In this document: positions 45,910 through 55,868 of the stretch, piece by piece
Position numbering within the stretch: position 1 is the stretch's first letter
Layout: each line of letters opens with the position of its first letter
Assembly (NCBI GenBank): GCA_030698625.1
Contig: JAUYMS010000028.1
Coordinates: forward strand, 3,854 to 67,853
Origin: Candidatus Omnitrophota bacterium
GTDB lineage: Bacteria > Omnitrophota > Omnitrophia > Omnitrophales > Aquincolibacteriaceae
Direction of reading: 5' to 3'
DNA: 64,000 bases
Translations under genes and position numbers: made by a program
The notes under the pieces: model-generated
Databases searched by the model: none
What the model saw: the letters and a program-made list of their open reading frames with translations, nothing else
What the model was told of the DNA's origin: nothing

Positions 45910-47447
45910 CCACCAAACTGGAAATTATTAAAGAAAAGATTTTCGAGATCGACCGCATCGATGGCGAACTGGATGCAGCGCGTAGCCAAGGGAAAAAGGT
46001 CGTGCAATGCCACGGGGTTTTTGACCTTCTTCACATCGGTCATATTCGGCACTTAAACAGGGCCAAGAAGATGGGGGATGTGCTCGTTGTTTCGATTACG
46101 CCGGACCGCTTTGTGAACAAGGGCCCCCACCGCCCCGCGTTTCCGGACCAATTGCGCGCGGAGGCTATTGCCGCGCTCGACTGTGTCGACTATGTCGTGA
46201 TCAACAACTGGCCCAAGGCAATTGAAGCAATCAAGCTCATCAAGCCGGATATGTACGTCAAAGGACGTGACTACCGTGATGCGGCCAAGGATCACACCGG
46301 CGGAATTTTGGAAGAAGAGTCGGCCGTGCAATCGATCGGCGGCAAGCTCGTCTTCACCGATGAGATTGAGTTCAGTTCCACAAGCCTGATCAATCAGCAC
46401 CTCGGCGTTTTTCCGAAAGAAGTCACGCAGTATCTGACCGATTTTGCCAAGCGCTATTCCTCAGACGATGTGATCGGATTTATCAAGCAAGAGCAGCCCC
46501 TTAAGGTCCTGGTAATCGGTGAGGCCATTGTCGACGAGTATCAGTATTGTGAAGCCATCGGGAAGTCATCGAAAGAGCCCATGCTTGCGGTTAAGCGTCT
46601 TTCGACGGAAAAATTTGCGGGGGGTATCTTGGCGGTTGCCAATCACGTCGCGAATTTCTGCGATGAAGTCGGCCTTGTCACAATGCTGGGCACGAGGCAT
46701 TCTCAGGAAGAGTTTATCCGAGAGAAGATGAACGAGAAAATCCACAATGTGTTCCTCTATCGAGAGGATTCGCCCACGATTGTGAAGCGCCGCTTTGTGG
46801 AGAGCTACTTCTTTACGAAGATGATGGAACTCTATGAGATTAACGATGGCTTGCTCACAGTTGAAGACAATCGCGCACTTTGCAAAGCCCTTGAGGCCGA
46901 GGTTCCTAGGTATGACGTTGTGATCGTTGTTGATTTCGGGCATGGCCTGATGAGTTCGGACGCGGTTAAAGTTATTTGCGATAAAGCCAAGTTTTTGGCC
47001 GTTAACGCGCAGTCGAATGCCGGCAATATCGGATACCAGACGATTTTAAAATACCCTCGAGCGGATTATATTTGCATGGCCGAGAATGAGATTCGAATGG
47101 AAGCGCGTGACCGGCGAGGTGACCTGAGACAGATGATTATCGACTTAGCGAAGAAAGTTAAATGTGAGCGTATTACGGTGACCCGCGGTAAAAACGGGTG
47201 TTTGTGCTATTGCCGTGAGGAAGGTTTTTCGGAAGTCCCGGCATTTGCCGGCCAAGTACTTGACCGCATGGGTGCGGGCGATTCATTTCTTTCGCTGACC
47301 TCGGGGTTGGTTGCCCGAAAAGTGCCCACCGAAGTTGTGGGCTTTGTTGGGAATGTAACTGGGGCACAAGCGGTGGCTACGGTGGGCCATCGGCGTTCCG
47401 TGGAACGTGCGCCGCTTTTTAAGCACATCGAATCATTGCTGAAGTAA
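45906..47447 (+). CDS. Bifunctional cytidylyltransferase-like nucleotidyltransferase (N-terminal) and PfkB sugar kinase (C-terminal); HldE-like with reversed domain order
   Basis: N-terminal 'CHGVFDLLHIGHIRHL' H/TxGH motif. C-terminal PfkB 'GAGDSF' signature. Confidence 0.7.
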   Translation: MTTKLEIIKEKIFEIDRIDGELDAARSQGKKVVQCHGVFDLLHIGHIRHLNRAKKMGDVLVVSITPDRFVNKGPHRPAFPDQLRAEAIAALDCVDYVVINNWPKAIEAIKLIKPDMYVKGRDYRDAAKDHTGGILEEESAVQSIGGKLVFTDEIEFSSTSLINQHLGVFPKEVTQYLTDFAKRYSSDDVIGFIKQEQPLKVLVIGEAIVDEYQYCEAIGKSSKEPMLAVKRLSTEKFAGGILAVANHVANFCDEVGLVTMLGTRHSQEEFIREKMNEKIHNVFLYREDSPTIVKRRFVESYFFTKMMELYEINDGLLTVEDNRALCKALEAEVPRYDVVIVVDFGHGLMSSDAVKVICDKAKFLAVNAQSNAGNIGYQTILKYPRADYICMAENEIRMEARDRRGDLRQMIIDLAKKVKCERITVTRGKNGCLCYCREEGFSEVPAFAGQVLDRMGAGDSFLSLTSGLVARKVPTEVVGFVGNVTGAQAVATVGHRRSVERAPLFKHIESLLK

Positions 47448-47459
47448 AGGGAGAACCCA

Positions 47460-48071
47460 ATGGATTTTCAGTATCTGCCGATCACGAATTACCTTCGGCG
47501 TCTTGGGGAAATTGCCTTATGGACGGAGGTGAACGCCGGTGCGGGAGAGAACACGAATGCTATTTCGCTGGATGACGGCTCGAAGCGGGCGGTGCAGATG
47601 ATTCTGGACGCCAAGTTTGGGCAATCGAAGATCATGCTGGTCGGTAACGGTGGAAGTGCCGCGATCGTCAGTCACATGCAAAACGATCTCTGCGATTCCG
47701 TCAAAGCCCGGGCGATGGTCTTTAACGAGCCGCCTTTCTTGACTGCCGTATCGAATGACCACGGATACGCGACGTTTTTTGAAGACGCTGTGAAACTCTG
47801 GGCAGAGCCCGGAGATGTACTGATTGCAATCAGCAGCTCAGGGAAGTCCGAGAATATTCTGCGCGCGGTGCGTGCGGCTCGGGCCAAAGATTCAGAAGTG
47901 ATCACCCTGTCGGGATTCGATGAGAAGAACCCGCTAAGAAGTTTGGGTGACCTCAACTTTTATGTGCCTGCAAATGAATACGGTATTGTCGAAACGGCGC
48001 ACGGAATCCTATGCCACTATATGAGCGACGCTGCTCTGGCAGCTTTAAACGTGCCGAGGCCGGTCGCTTAA
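47460..48071 (+). CDS. gmhA: SIS-domain phosphoheptose isomerase (copy 2)
   Basis: 'IMLVGNGGSAAIVSH' SIS motif. Confidence 0.7.
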   Translation: MDFQYLPITNYLRRLGEIALWTEVNAGAGENTNAISLDDGSKRAVQMILDAKFGQSKIMLVGNGGSAAIVSHMQNDLCDSVKARAMVFNEPPFLTAVSNDHGYATFFEDAVKLWAEPGDVLIAISSSGKSENILRAVRAARAKDSEVITLSGFDEKNPLRSLGDLNFYVPANEYGIVETAHGILCHYMSDAALAALNVPRPVA

Positions 48072-48073
48072 GC

Positions 48074-49102
48074 ATGAGAAAGTTCCAAGAAATACTGGTC
48101 ACGGGTGGGGCTGGATACGTCGGCGCGCGGTTAGTGCCTAAGCTCCTCAAACGCGGCTATAAGGTGCGCGTCCTTGACCTGTATCTTTTTGGCGAAGGAT
48201 TCTGGCCGGAGTGGGATGGATCCGCAAAACTGACCGAAATCAAAGGGGATTTGCGGGATACGGAAACGGTCCGCCGGGCGGTTCAAAGATGTGATGCGGT
48301 CATCCATTTAGCGTGCATTTCAAATGACCCAAGCTTCGAGTTAAACCCGGATCTCGGGCGCTCCATCAATTACGATGCTTTTCGACCGCTCGTGACCATG
48401 AGCCGGGATGCGGGTGTGAAACGGTTTATCTACGCGTCTTCCTCGAGCGTATACGGAATCAGTGACCGCCCAAACGTGACCGAAGATCACCCGCTTAAGC
48501 CGCTCACAGATTACAGCAAGTATAAAGCGCTCTGCGAAGAGATTCTTGCCGAGTACGAGAGCCCCGACTTTACAACGGTGGTTCTGAGGCCGGCGACGGT
48601 TTGCGGGTATTCGCCCAGGCAACGCCTCGACTTAACGGTGAATATTTTGACGAATCACGCTGTGCATAACGGCAAGATTAAAGTTTTTGGCGGAGAGCAG
48701 CTGCGCCCCAATATCCACATTGAGGACCTTACGGACCTGTATGTTCAATTGTTGGAACTACCTGCTGAAAAGGTGGCGGGTAAGACGTACAACGCGGGTT
48801 ACGAAAATCAAAAGGTGAAGGACATTGCGATGGCTGTCAGCAGCGTGGTTCGTGCAATGATACCGGAGCGCTCAGACCTCGCAATAGAGACAACACCGAC
48901 TGACGACAATCGCTCGTATCACATTTCTTCTGCAAAAATAAAGGGCGAGTTGGGATTTGCCCCCAAGAGGACCATCGAAGATGCGGTCAAGGATTTAGTG
49001 GCTGCTTTCCAGGCAGGCAAAATTCCGAATGCGATGACGGACAGCCGCTATTTTAATATCAAGACCATGCAGGAAAGCGTACTGGCGCAGCCGCAGTCAT
49101 GA
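48074..49102 (+). CDS. NAD-dependent sugar epimerase/dehydratase
   Basis: 'ILVTGGAGYVGARLV' motif. Internal ATG start chosen. Confidence 0.75.
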   Translation: MRKFQEILVTGGAGYVGARLVPKLLKRGYKVRVLDLYLFGEGFWPEWDGSAKLTEIKGDLRDTETVRRAVQRCDAVIHLACISNDPSFELNPDLGRSINYDAFRPLVTMSRDAGVKRFIYASSSSVYGISDRPNVTEDHPLKPLTDYSKYKALCEEILAEYESPDFTTVVLRPATVCGYSPRQRLDLTVNILTNHAVHNGKIKVFGGEQLRPNIHIEDLTDLYVQLLELPAEKVAGKTYNAGYENQKVKDIAMAVSSVVRAMIPERSDLAIETTPTDDNRSYHISSAKIKGELGFAPKRTIEDAVKDLVAAFQAGKIPNAMTDSRYFNIKTMQESVLAQPQS

Positions 49103-50067
49103 AAACGCATCCCTCTATCGAATTATATCGCGAAATGTTGCGCATTCGGCGCGTCGAAGAACGTATTGCCGAGCTCTATCCGGAGCAGGAAATCCGCTGC
49201 CCTGTCCATTTGTGTATCGGCCAAGAGGGTGTGGCTGTCGGCGTATCTGCAAACCTGAAGCCCCAAGATTATGTCCTCAGCGGCCATCGTTCGCACGGGC
49301 ATTACTTAGCACGCGGCGGAAACTTGAAGGCCATGATGGCAGAGCTGTGGGGCAAGGTTACGGGTTGCTGTCAGGGTAAGGGCGGCTCGATGCACTTGAT
49401 TGATTTGTCGGTCGGATTTCTGGCATCGACGCCGATTGTGGCCAGTACGATTCCGATCGCCGTCGGCGCCGCCTTGGGTTCGGTGATGAAGAACGAGGAT
49501 CGTGTCACGGTCGTGTACTTTGGCGAAGCCGCGACTGAGGAGGGCACGTTCCACGAAGCGGCTAATTATGCGGTCTTGAAGAAGTTGCCCGTGGTTTTTG
49601 TTTGCGAAAATAACCTTTATTCTGTCTATTCGCCGTTGGAAGTACGCCAACCGCCCGAACGCTCCCTCGTCGAGTTAGCGCGGGGCCACGGAATGGAAAG
49701 TCACTGGGAAGATGGCAACGATGTCCTTGCGGTGAAACGCTTGAGTGAACACGCCATCGATCATGCCCGCGCGGGTAAAGGTCCCAGCCTTCTGGAGTTT
49801 TCGACCTACCGTTGGTATGAGCACTGCGGTCCGAATCTTGATAACCATATCGGTTATCGCACGGAAGAAGAATTCCTCACATGGAAGAAGACTTGCCCCC
49901 TTTTGAAGTTAAGAGAGTCTTTACTTGCTGAAGGGATTTGTGCTGAGCCGGATCTGTCGTTGATCGAAGAAGATTTGAAGGCTGAAATTGATGACGCAGT
50001 TCGGTTTGCAAAAGAAAGCCCGTTTGGTGAAGAAGATTTGGCCTATCAACATATCTATGCAACCTGA
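49099..50067 (+). CDS. Thiamine-diphosphate-dependent dehydrogenase E1 alpha subunit
   Basis: TPP motif region 'GQEGVAVG...YRSHGH...GKGGSMH'. Confidence 0.8.
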   Translation: MKTHPSIELYREMLRIRRVEERIAELYPEQEIRCPVHLCIGQEGVAVGVSANLKPQDYVLSGHRSHGHYLARGGNLKAMMAELWGKVTGCCQGKGGSMHLIDLSVGFLASTPIVASTIPIAVGAALGSVMKNEDRVTVVYFGEAATEEGTFHEAANYAVLKKLPVVFVCENNLYSVYSPLEVRQPPERSLVELARGHGMESHWEDGNDVLAVKRLSEHAIDHARAGKGPSLLEFSTYRWYEHCGPNLDNHIGYRTEEEFLTWKKTCPLLKLRESLLAEGICAEPDLSLIEEDLKAEIDDAVRFAKESPFGEEDLAYQHIYAT

Positions 50068-50075
50068 CGAGCGTC

Positions 50076-51293
50076 ATGCCTGCAGACAAGTTTGATATTG
50101 CGATCATCGGTGGCGGGATCGTCGGGCTGGCGACAGCGCTAAGTCTTGCTAAAAGCCGGCCCGATTTACGGCTGTGCGTGTTTGAGAAGGAAGCATTGAT
50201 CGGGGAGCATCAGACATCGCATAATAGCGGCGTGATTCATTCCGGCATTTATTACGCGCCGGGCTCTTTGAAAGCGAGTCTTTGTGTGAAAGGCGTCGGC
50301 GCGATGATTTCTTTTGCTAAGGAAAACGGCGTGCCCTTTGAGCAGTGCGGGAAAGTTATTGTGGCAACCCGAGAAGAACAGAGACCGAGACTCAGAGCGC
50401 TATTCGAGCGGGGAATAGCAAACGGCGTTCCCGGTCTGCGTATACTTAACCGAACGGAGCTCCTTGAGCTCGAGCCGCATGCTGAAGGACTCGAAGCCAT
50501 TCACTCGCCGACTACCGGCATCATTGATTTTCGAAGGGCGGCCGAAGTCATGGCCGAAAAGTTTAAGGCCGGCGGCGGTAGCGTAGAGACCATGGCGAAA
50601 ATGGTTTCAGCTGAACATACCGGCTCCGAGCTTGTGTTGAAAATAGGCCGGATGGAAATCCGGACAAAGTATTTGATTAATTGCGGCGGTCTTTATTCGG
50701 ACACGATCGCCTTGATGCTCGGGGTTGAGCCGGGCGTGAGGATTATTCCGTTTCGCGGCGAGTACTATCTTATCCGGAATGAAAAGCGGCATTTAGTGAA
50801 GAATCTTATTTACCCGGTTCCAGACCCGGACTTACCTTTTTTGGGTGTTCATCTGACGCGTACAGTGGACGGGAAATTGGAAGCCGGACCGAACGCGATC
50901 CTGGCAACAGCGCGTGAGGGGTATCGGCGATCCGATTGGAAGACCGGAGAGTTTCTTGCAACATTGAGTAGCCCGCATTTTTGGAACATGGCGCGCCGTT
51001 ATTGGAAGACCGGTATTTTGGAGTGTTACCGTGCGGTGAGTAAGCGATCATTTGCGCGAGAGCTGCAAGGTCTGATAAAGGGCATTAGCGAAGATGATCT
51101 GGTGGATGGGCCAAGCGGCGTGCGGGCCCAATGCGTGGCAGAGGATGGCACGCTGGTTCACGATTTCAAGATTGTTGAAGGGCCGCGGTCAATTCACGTT
51201 GTAAACGTACCGTCACCGGCGGCAACGGCATCACTGGCGATCGGGGAGTATATCGCGGGGCTCGGAATTAAATCCTATGACGAGAGAACTTAA
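50076..51293 (+). CDS. FAD-dependent oxidoreductase (L-2-hydroxyglutarate oxidase / DAO family)
   Basis: 'FDIAIIGGGIVGLATA' dinucleotide fold and a 'SGVIHSGIYY' motif typical of this 2-hydroxyacid oxidase (LhgO-type) family. Confidence 0.75.
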   Translation: MPADKFDIAIIGGGIVGLATALSLAKSRPDLRLCVFEKEALIGEHQTSHNSGVIHSGIYYAPGSLKASLCVKGVGAMISFAKENGVPFEQCGKVIVATREEQRPRLRALFERGIANGVPGLRILNRTELLELEPHAEGLEAIHSPTTGIIDFRRAAEVMAEKFKAGGGSVETMAKMVSAEHTGSELVLKIGRMEIRTKYLINCGGLYSDTIALMLGVEPGVRIIPFRGEYYLIRNEKRHLVKNLIYPVPDPDLPFLGVHLTRTVDGKLEAGPNAILATAREGYRRSDWKTGEFLATLSSPHFWNMARRYWKTGILECYRAVSKRSFARELQGLIKGISEDDLVDGPSGVRAQCVAEDGTLVHDFKIVEGPRSIHVVNVPSPAATASLAIGEYIAGLGIKSYDERT

Positions 51294-52338
51294 ATATTTT
51301 CAAGCAATTCGCGAAGCGTTGGACCTGAGTCTGGAGCAGGATCCCTCTGTGTACTTGATGGGGCTGGGTGTGCCGGACCCTAAGGGGATCTTTGGCACGA
51401 CGCTGGGTCTTCAGGAGAAGTATGGCCCGGAGCGCGTGATGGATATGCCGACGGCAGAGAATGGCATGACGGGTGTTGCCCTGGGGTCAGCGATTGCGGG
51501 GATGCGGCCGGTCATGGTTCATCAGCGACTCGACTTCGCACTGCTGGCAGTGGAACAGATCGTGAATCAAGCTGCGAAATGGCATTACATGTTTGCCGGT
51601 AAGAGCTCGGTGCCGATGGTGATTCGATTGGTGATCGGACGAGGTTGGGGCCAAGGGCCGCAACATTCGCAGAGTCTCCAATCGTGGTTTGCTCATGTCC
51701 CGGGTCTCAAGGTTGTTATGCCGGCAACACCTTACGATGCGAAGGGATTAATGCTTTCCAGTATACGGGATGATAACCCGGTCATATTCTTGGAGCATCG
51801 CTGGCTTCACAATATGTTTGGTGCAGTGCCGGAAGGTGATTATGAAGTGCCGATCGGGAGAGCTCATGTTATTCGCGAGGGAAGGGATGTTACGATTGCC
51901 GCAGTGTCGCATATGGTCGTAGAAGCTCTGCAGGCGTCGAAAATGCTGGCAGAAGTAGGTATTGAAGCCGAGGTTGTTGACGTTCGCACCCTGCGTCCCC
52001 TGGATACGGAAACCATCGCAGCCTCGGTGCGTAAGACGCGGCGTATCCTGGTGGCCGATACCGACTGGAAAACAGGCGGCTTCAGCGCTGAAATTGTCTC
52101 ATGGGTGTGTGAAAACCAGTTTGATATCTTGAAGACAGCGCCGAGACGCGTGGCGTTGTCGGATTGCCCCGTGCCGACATCGCAGGTTCTTGCGAATCCT
52201 TGTTACCCACGGCCGGTAGATATTGCGCGCCAGGTATGCGAGATGGTGGGGCAGTCGACAGCGGATATTCAAGTACCCGTTGAATCAAGCGGAATACCGT
52301 TGGACATTCCGGATGCAAGTTTTGCGGGGCCTTTCTAA
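51277..52338 (+). CDS. Thiamine-diphosphate-dependent dehydrogenase E1 beta subunit (transketolase-like Pyr and C-terminal domains)
   Basis: E1-beta-like organisation with no lipoyl or E2 domain nearby. Confidence 0.8.
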   Translation: MTRELKYFQAIREALDLSLEQDPSVYLMGLGVPDPKGIFGTTLGLQEKYGPERVMDMPTAENGMTGVALGSAIAGMRPVMVHQRLDFALLAVEQIVNQAAKWHYMFAGKSSVPMVIRLVIGRGWGQGPQHSQSLQSWFAHVPGLKVVMPATPYDAKGLMLSSIRDDNPVIFLEHRWLHNMFGAVPEGDYEVPIGRAHVIREGRDVTIAAVSHMVVEALQASKMLAEVGIEAEVVDVRTLRPLDTETIAASVRKTRRILVADTDWKTGGFSAEIVSWVCENQFDILKTAPRRVALSDCPVPTSQVLANPCYPRPVDIARQVCEMVGQSTADIQVPVESSGIPLDIPDASFAGPF

Positions 52339-52339
52339 T

Positions 52340-53494
52340 ATGACAACAAGAGCAGCCGATAAAGAGACAGTCTCCGAAACACGACAGGTGCCGTACGTGA
52401 ATATTACGGGACAGCATGCGGGTCTCAAAAAGCAATTGCTCCGGGAATTCGAACGCGTTATCGATAGCGGCCAATTCGTGCTAGGTGAGGATGTGGGGAT
52501 ATTTGAAAAGCGTTTCGCCGAATTGTGCGGTGTTTCGTATGCTGTTGCCGTCAATTCCGGCACAGACGCACTCCTCTTAGCGTTGCGCGTCCTGAAGGTG
52601 GGTGAGGGCGACGAAGTTATTACGGCGCCAAACTCGTTTGTGTCGACGGCGAGTTGCATACGTCTTACCGGTGCGATGCCGGTCTTTGCCGACGTCGGGG
52701 AAGACTACAACATCGATCCCTCCAAGATTGAGGCTGCAATAACTGAGCGCACGAAGGCGATTTTGCCGGTGCATCTTACGGGACGCACTGCCGACATGGA
52801 TGCCATACTCGCGATAGCCAAAAGACATGAGATTCTCGTTGTTGAGGACGCCGCGCAAGCCGTCCTATCGGAATATCGCGGACGTCGCGCGGGTTCCTTC
52901 GGTGTTCTTGGGTGTTTCAGTCTTCATCCGCTAAAAACGCTCAATGCCTGCGGCGACGGCGGAGTTATTACAACAAACGACGAGAGGCTCTACAAACGGC
53001 TTCAGGTTTTACGTAACTTGGGTCTGGAGCATCGCGACGATTGCGTGGTCTGGACGGGGAACTCTCGCTTGGATACGATACAGGCTGCCGCGTTGCTCGT
53101 GAAGATGGACTATCTCGAGGCGTGGACTGCGGGCCGACGGAAGAACGCTGAATTTTATCGGCGTGAACTAGCCGGTGTTGCCGGGGTGCGGTGCCCGGAG
53201 CCGAAGAATCACGAAAGACCGGTGTACCACACGTTCGTGATTCGTGCCGAGCGGCGCGACAACCTCAAAAAGTATTTGGCAGATCAGGGAATCGGCTCGG
53301 CGGTGCATTACCCTGTTCCTATCCATATGCAAACGGTCGCCAAAGATCTTTGTGTGGCTGAGGGCAGTTTGCCTGAGGCCGAGACGCAATCGAAGGAAAT
53401 ATTGAGCCTTCCTGTTTATCCTGAGCTCGGCAAAGAAGACCTCGCCTATGTTGTTTTTTACATAAAAAAATTCTATCGGAGCGAAAATATATGA
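52340..53494 (+). CDS. DegT/DnrJ/EryC1 PLP sugar aminotransferase (tandem copy 1)
   Basis: DegT family. Start at ATG 52340. Confidence 0.8.
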   Translation: MTTRAADKETVSETRQVPYVNITGQHAGLKKQLLREFERVIDSGQFVLGEDVGIFEKRFAELCGVSYAVAVNSGTDALLLALRVLKVGEGDEVITAPNSFVSTASCIRLTGAMPVFADVGEDYNIDPSKIEAAITERTKAILPVHLTGRTADMDAILAIAKRHEILVVEDAAQAVLSEYRGRRAGSFGVLGCFSLHPLKTLNACGDGGVITTNDERLYKRLQVLRNLGLEHRDDCVVWTGNSRLDTIQAAALLVKMDYLEAWTAGRRKNAEFYRRELAGVAGVRCPEPKNHERPVYHTFVIRAERRDNLKKYLADQGIGSAVHYPVPIHMQTVAKDLCVAEGSLPEAETQSKEILSLPVYPELGKEDLAYVVFYIKKFYRSENI

Positions 53495-54615
53495 GCACAA
53501 AGACAATGCAAGTGAAGTTCTCATATTTGGACCGCCAGTTTGAGAACATCGAGGACTACTTAGACGATATCCGTCAGGTGGTGAAGTCCGGTGATTTTAC
53601 GCTGGGGGTCGCGGTTCGTGAATTCGAGTCACGTTTTGCAAGGCTCTCCGGAGTCGCCCATGCCGTCGGAGTGGGAACGGGAACTGATGCGCTTGCGATG
53701 CCGCTCAAGGTGTTAGGCGTGGGGCCGGGCGACGAGGTGATTACGACGCCGATGACCTTCATCGCGACGGTCGGTGCTATTGCGAAGACGGGCGCCACCC
53801 CGGTTTTTGTTGATAGCGAAGACGGCTTTGTGATTGATCCCGACAAAATTGAGGCTGCTATCACGCCGCGGACAAAGGCGATTCTTCCGGTGCACTATAC
53901 CGGGAATGTGGCTGATATGCCGCGTATTGCGGCAATCGCCCAAAAACACAACCTCCTGATCGTCGAAGATGCCTGCCAATCGATCGCAGGGGCCATCGAC
54001 GGCAAACCGGTGGGCTCCTGGGGAGAGGCCGCAGGATTTAGCCTCCACCCATTGAAGAACTTGAATGTTTGGGGTGACGGGGGAATGATCATTACGCGCT
54101 CCGAAAAGTTGGCCGAACACTTAAGACTTTTTCGTAATCACGGGCTTGTAAATCGTGACGAGGTCTCCCTGTTCGGTTGGAACTGCCGCCTAGACAGTCT
54201 ACAAGCGGCCATCGGCAACCGTCTGATTGACCAGGTCGATTTTATTACCGACGGCCGAATTGCCAATGCCGCTCGTTATGATGACGGGTTGAAGGATTTG
54301 GCTGAATCAATATCCATTCCCGTAAGGCGGCCCGGAGTCAAGCATGTCTACCATCTCTACGTGATACGCGTTACGGAGCGCGATCGGTTGCTTAAGCATC
54401 TAATCGAAAACGGGGTTGAAGCAAAGGTGCACTACCCGATCCCGGTTCATTTGCAGGAGGGGGCCCGATCGCTGGGGTACAAGAAGGGCGACTTCCCTAA
54501 GTGCGAAGAGGATTGTGAGGATATCATTACTTTGCCCGCTCATCAGCATCTGGGCAATGATGAGATTGACTACACGATTGAGCAGGTAAGAAATTTTTAC
54601 AGGGGTAAGTCATGA
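53491..54615 (+). CDS. DegT/DnrJ/EryC1 PLP sugar aminotransferase (tandem copy 2)
   Basis: DegT family and paralogous to copy 1. Confidence 0.8.
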   Translation: MSTKTMQVKFSYLDRQFENIEDYLDDIRQVVKSGDFTLGVAVREFESRFARLSGVAHAVGVGTGTDALAMPLKVLGVGPGDEVITTPMTFIATVGAIAKTGATPVFVDSEDGFVIDPDKIEAAITPRTKAILPVHYTGNVADMPRIAAIAQKHNLLIVEDACQSIAGAIDGKPVGSWGEAAGFSLHPLKNLNVWGDGGMIITRSEKLAEHLRLFRNHGLVNRDEVSLFGWNCRLDSLQAAIGNRLIDQVDFITDGRIANAARYDDGLKDLAESISIPVRRPGVKHVYHLYVIRVTERDRLLKHLIENGVEAKVHYPIPVHLQEGARSLGYKKGDFPKCEEDCEDIITLPAHQHLGNDEIDYTIEQVRNFYRGKS

Positions 54616-55868
54616 CGCTTAGTCTCAGAGAAGCAAGAATACGGAAGAAACAGCCTTATCGGCCGTTACTCGTGAATCTTGCCTTGCTGGTTTTTGTATG
54701 CGTTTTGGCGGTAGGCGCCGCCGAGGGCGTCCTACGCATAACGAAGTCCGTCAATCGCCTTCACAATCGAGCCACGAACATCTTTGATCCGGACATTGGC
54801 TACTACCATGGCCCGAAACAAAGTACGATATTCCGGTTCGAAGGACAGCGAATTCCGTATGGAACCAATAATTTAGGGTTCCGTGATAGGGACAGGGAAG
54901 TCCCCAAACCCGCGGACACTTACCGCGTTTTGTTTCTTGGCGACTCCTTCCTCGAGTCGCCGTGGTTGCCGAGTGAAGCCATTTTCCCGGCGGTTCTTGA
55001 GGAACGCTTCCGGGAGCGTGAGGTCGCTTCGGGCAAAAAGGTTGAATTTCTTAATTTTGGGGTCCTCGGTTATGGAACGGGTGTTCAGTACAATCAGCTT
55101 CTGAAAATAGGCGTTCAAACGGAGCCTGATTTTGTAGCGGTTGCATTCTTCATCAATGACATTTTAGACAACTATACGACTCCTCTTTTGCCGGGCGGCC
55201 GCCCGGATCCCGAATTTCTAGATCCGATCGATTATCACTTGGCTCATTATGCTAAGGATAGTACGGGGGGATGGCGGTTTATTCCGGCAGAGCCGTATCC
55301 GCATCGCGGCGCCGTGCGTACTTTTTTGAATAAGGAATTTCACCTCTATCAGTTTTTGGGAGACAGCTTTCCGGCTCTCAAAAAAGTGCTCCGCCTATTT
55401 GAGCGTAAGGCGCCGGAAGAGCATGTGACCGAAACCTCTGAGCGGAGGCTTGAACCGAACCAAATGTTTAATTTTCTTCAGTCTCCCCCGGTTGAGGTGG
55501 TGATCGGTTGGGAAGCTACCGAGTATATCCTTGGTGAAATGAAATCCTATCTGAGTCTGAAGGGAATCCCGATGATGTTAACCTTCCTGCCACCGGACTA
55601 TCTCCTATCGCGAGAGGCATGGGAAGCGGAAATGAAGGCCAGGGGTCTGAATCCTGACGAAGGGGCTATCGATCTTCCCGAGCAAAAGGTTAAGGCAATT
55701 TGCGAGAAGCTCGACATTGAGTTTGTGAGCCCGACAGCGAAGTTTCGCGCCTCGGGCAAGCAACTTCATTTTAAATCCGACCCTCACTTTAATGCGAGCG
55801 GGCACGCGCTTATGGCAGATGTGATGGAGACTTATTTCCAGAACCGGCTCGCGCCGGGAAGGAAATGA
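54612..55868 (+). CDS. Membrane-anchored SGNH/GDSL hydrolase (paralog 3 of 3)
   Basis: N-terminal TM helix. '[11 protein letters not shown]' block I and 'DPHFNASGH' block V. Confidence 0.7.
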   Translation: MTLSLREARIRKKQPYRPLLVNLALLVFVCVLAVGAAEGVLRITKSVNRLHNRATNIFDPDIGYYHGPKQSTIFRFEGQRIPYGTNNLGFRDRDREVPKPADTYRVLFLGDSFLESPWLPSEAIFPAVLEERFREREVASGKKVEFLNFGVLGYGTGVQYNQLLKIGVQTEPDFVAVAFFINDILDNYTTPLLPGGRPDPEFLDPIDYHLAHYAKDSTGGWRFIPAEPYPHRGAVRTFLNKEFHLYQFLGDSFPALKKVLRLFERKAPEEHVTETSERRLEPNQMFNFLQSPPVEVVIGWEATEYILGEMKSYLSLKGIPMMLTFLPPDYLLSREAWEAEMKARGLNPDEGAIDLPEQKVKAICEKLDIEFVSPTAKFRASGKQLHFKSDPHFNASGHALMADVMETYFQNRLAPGRK

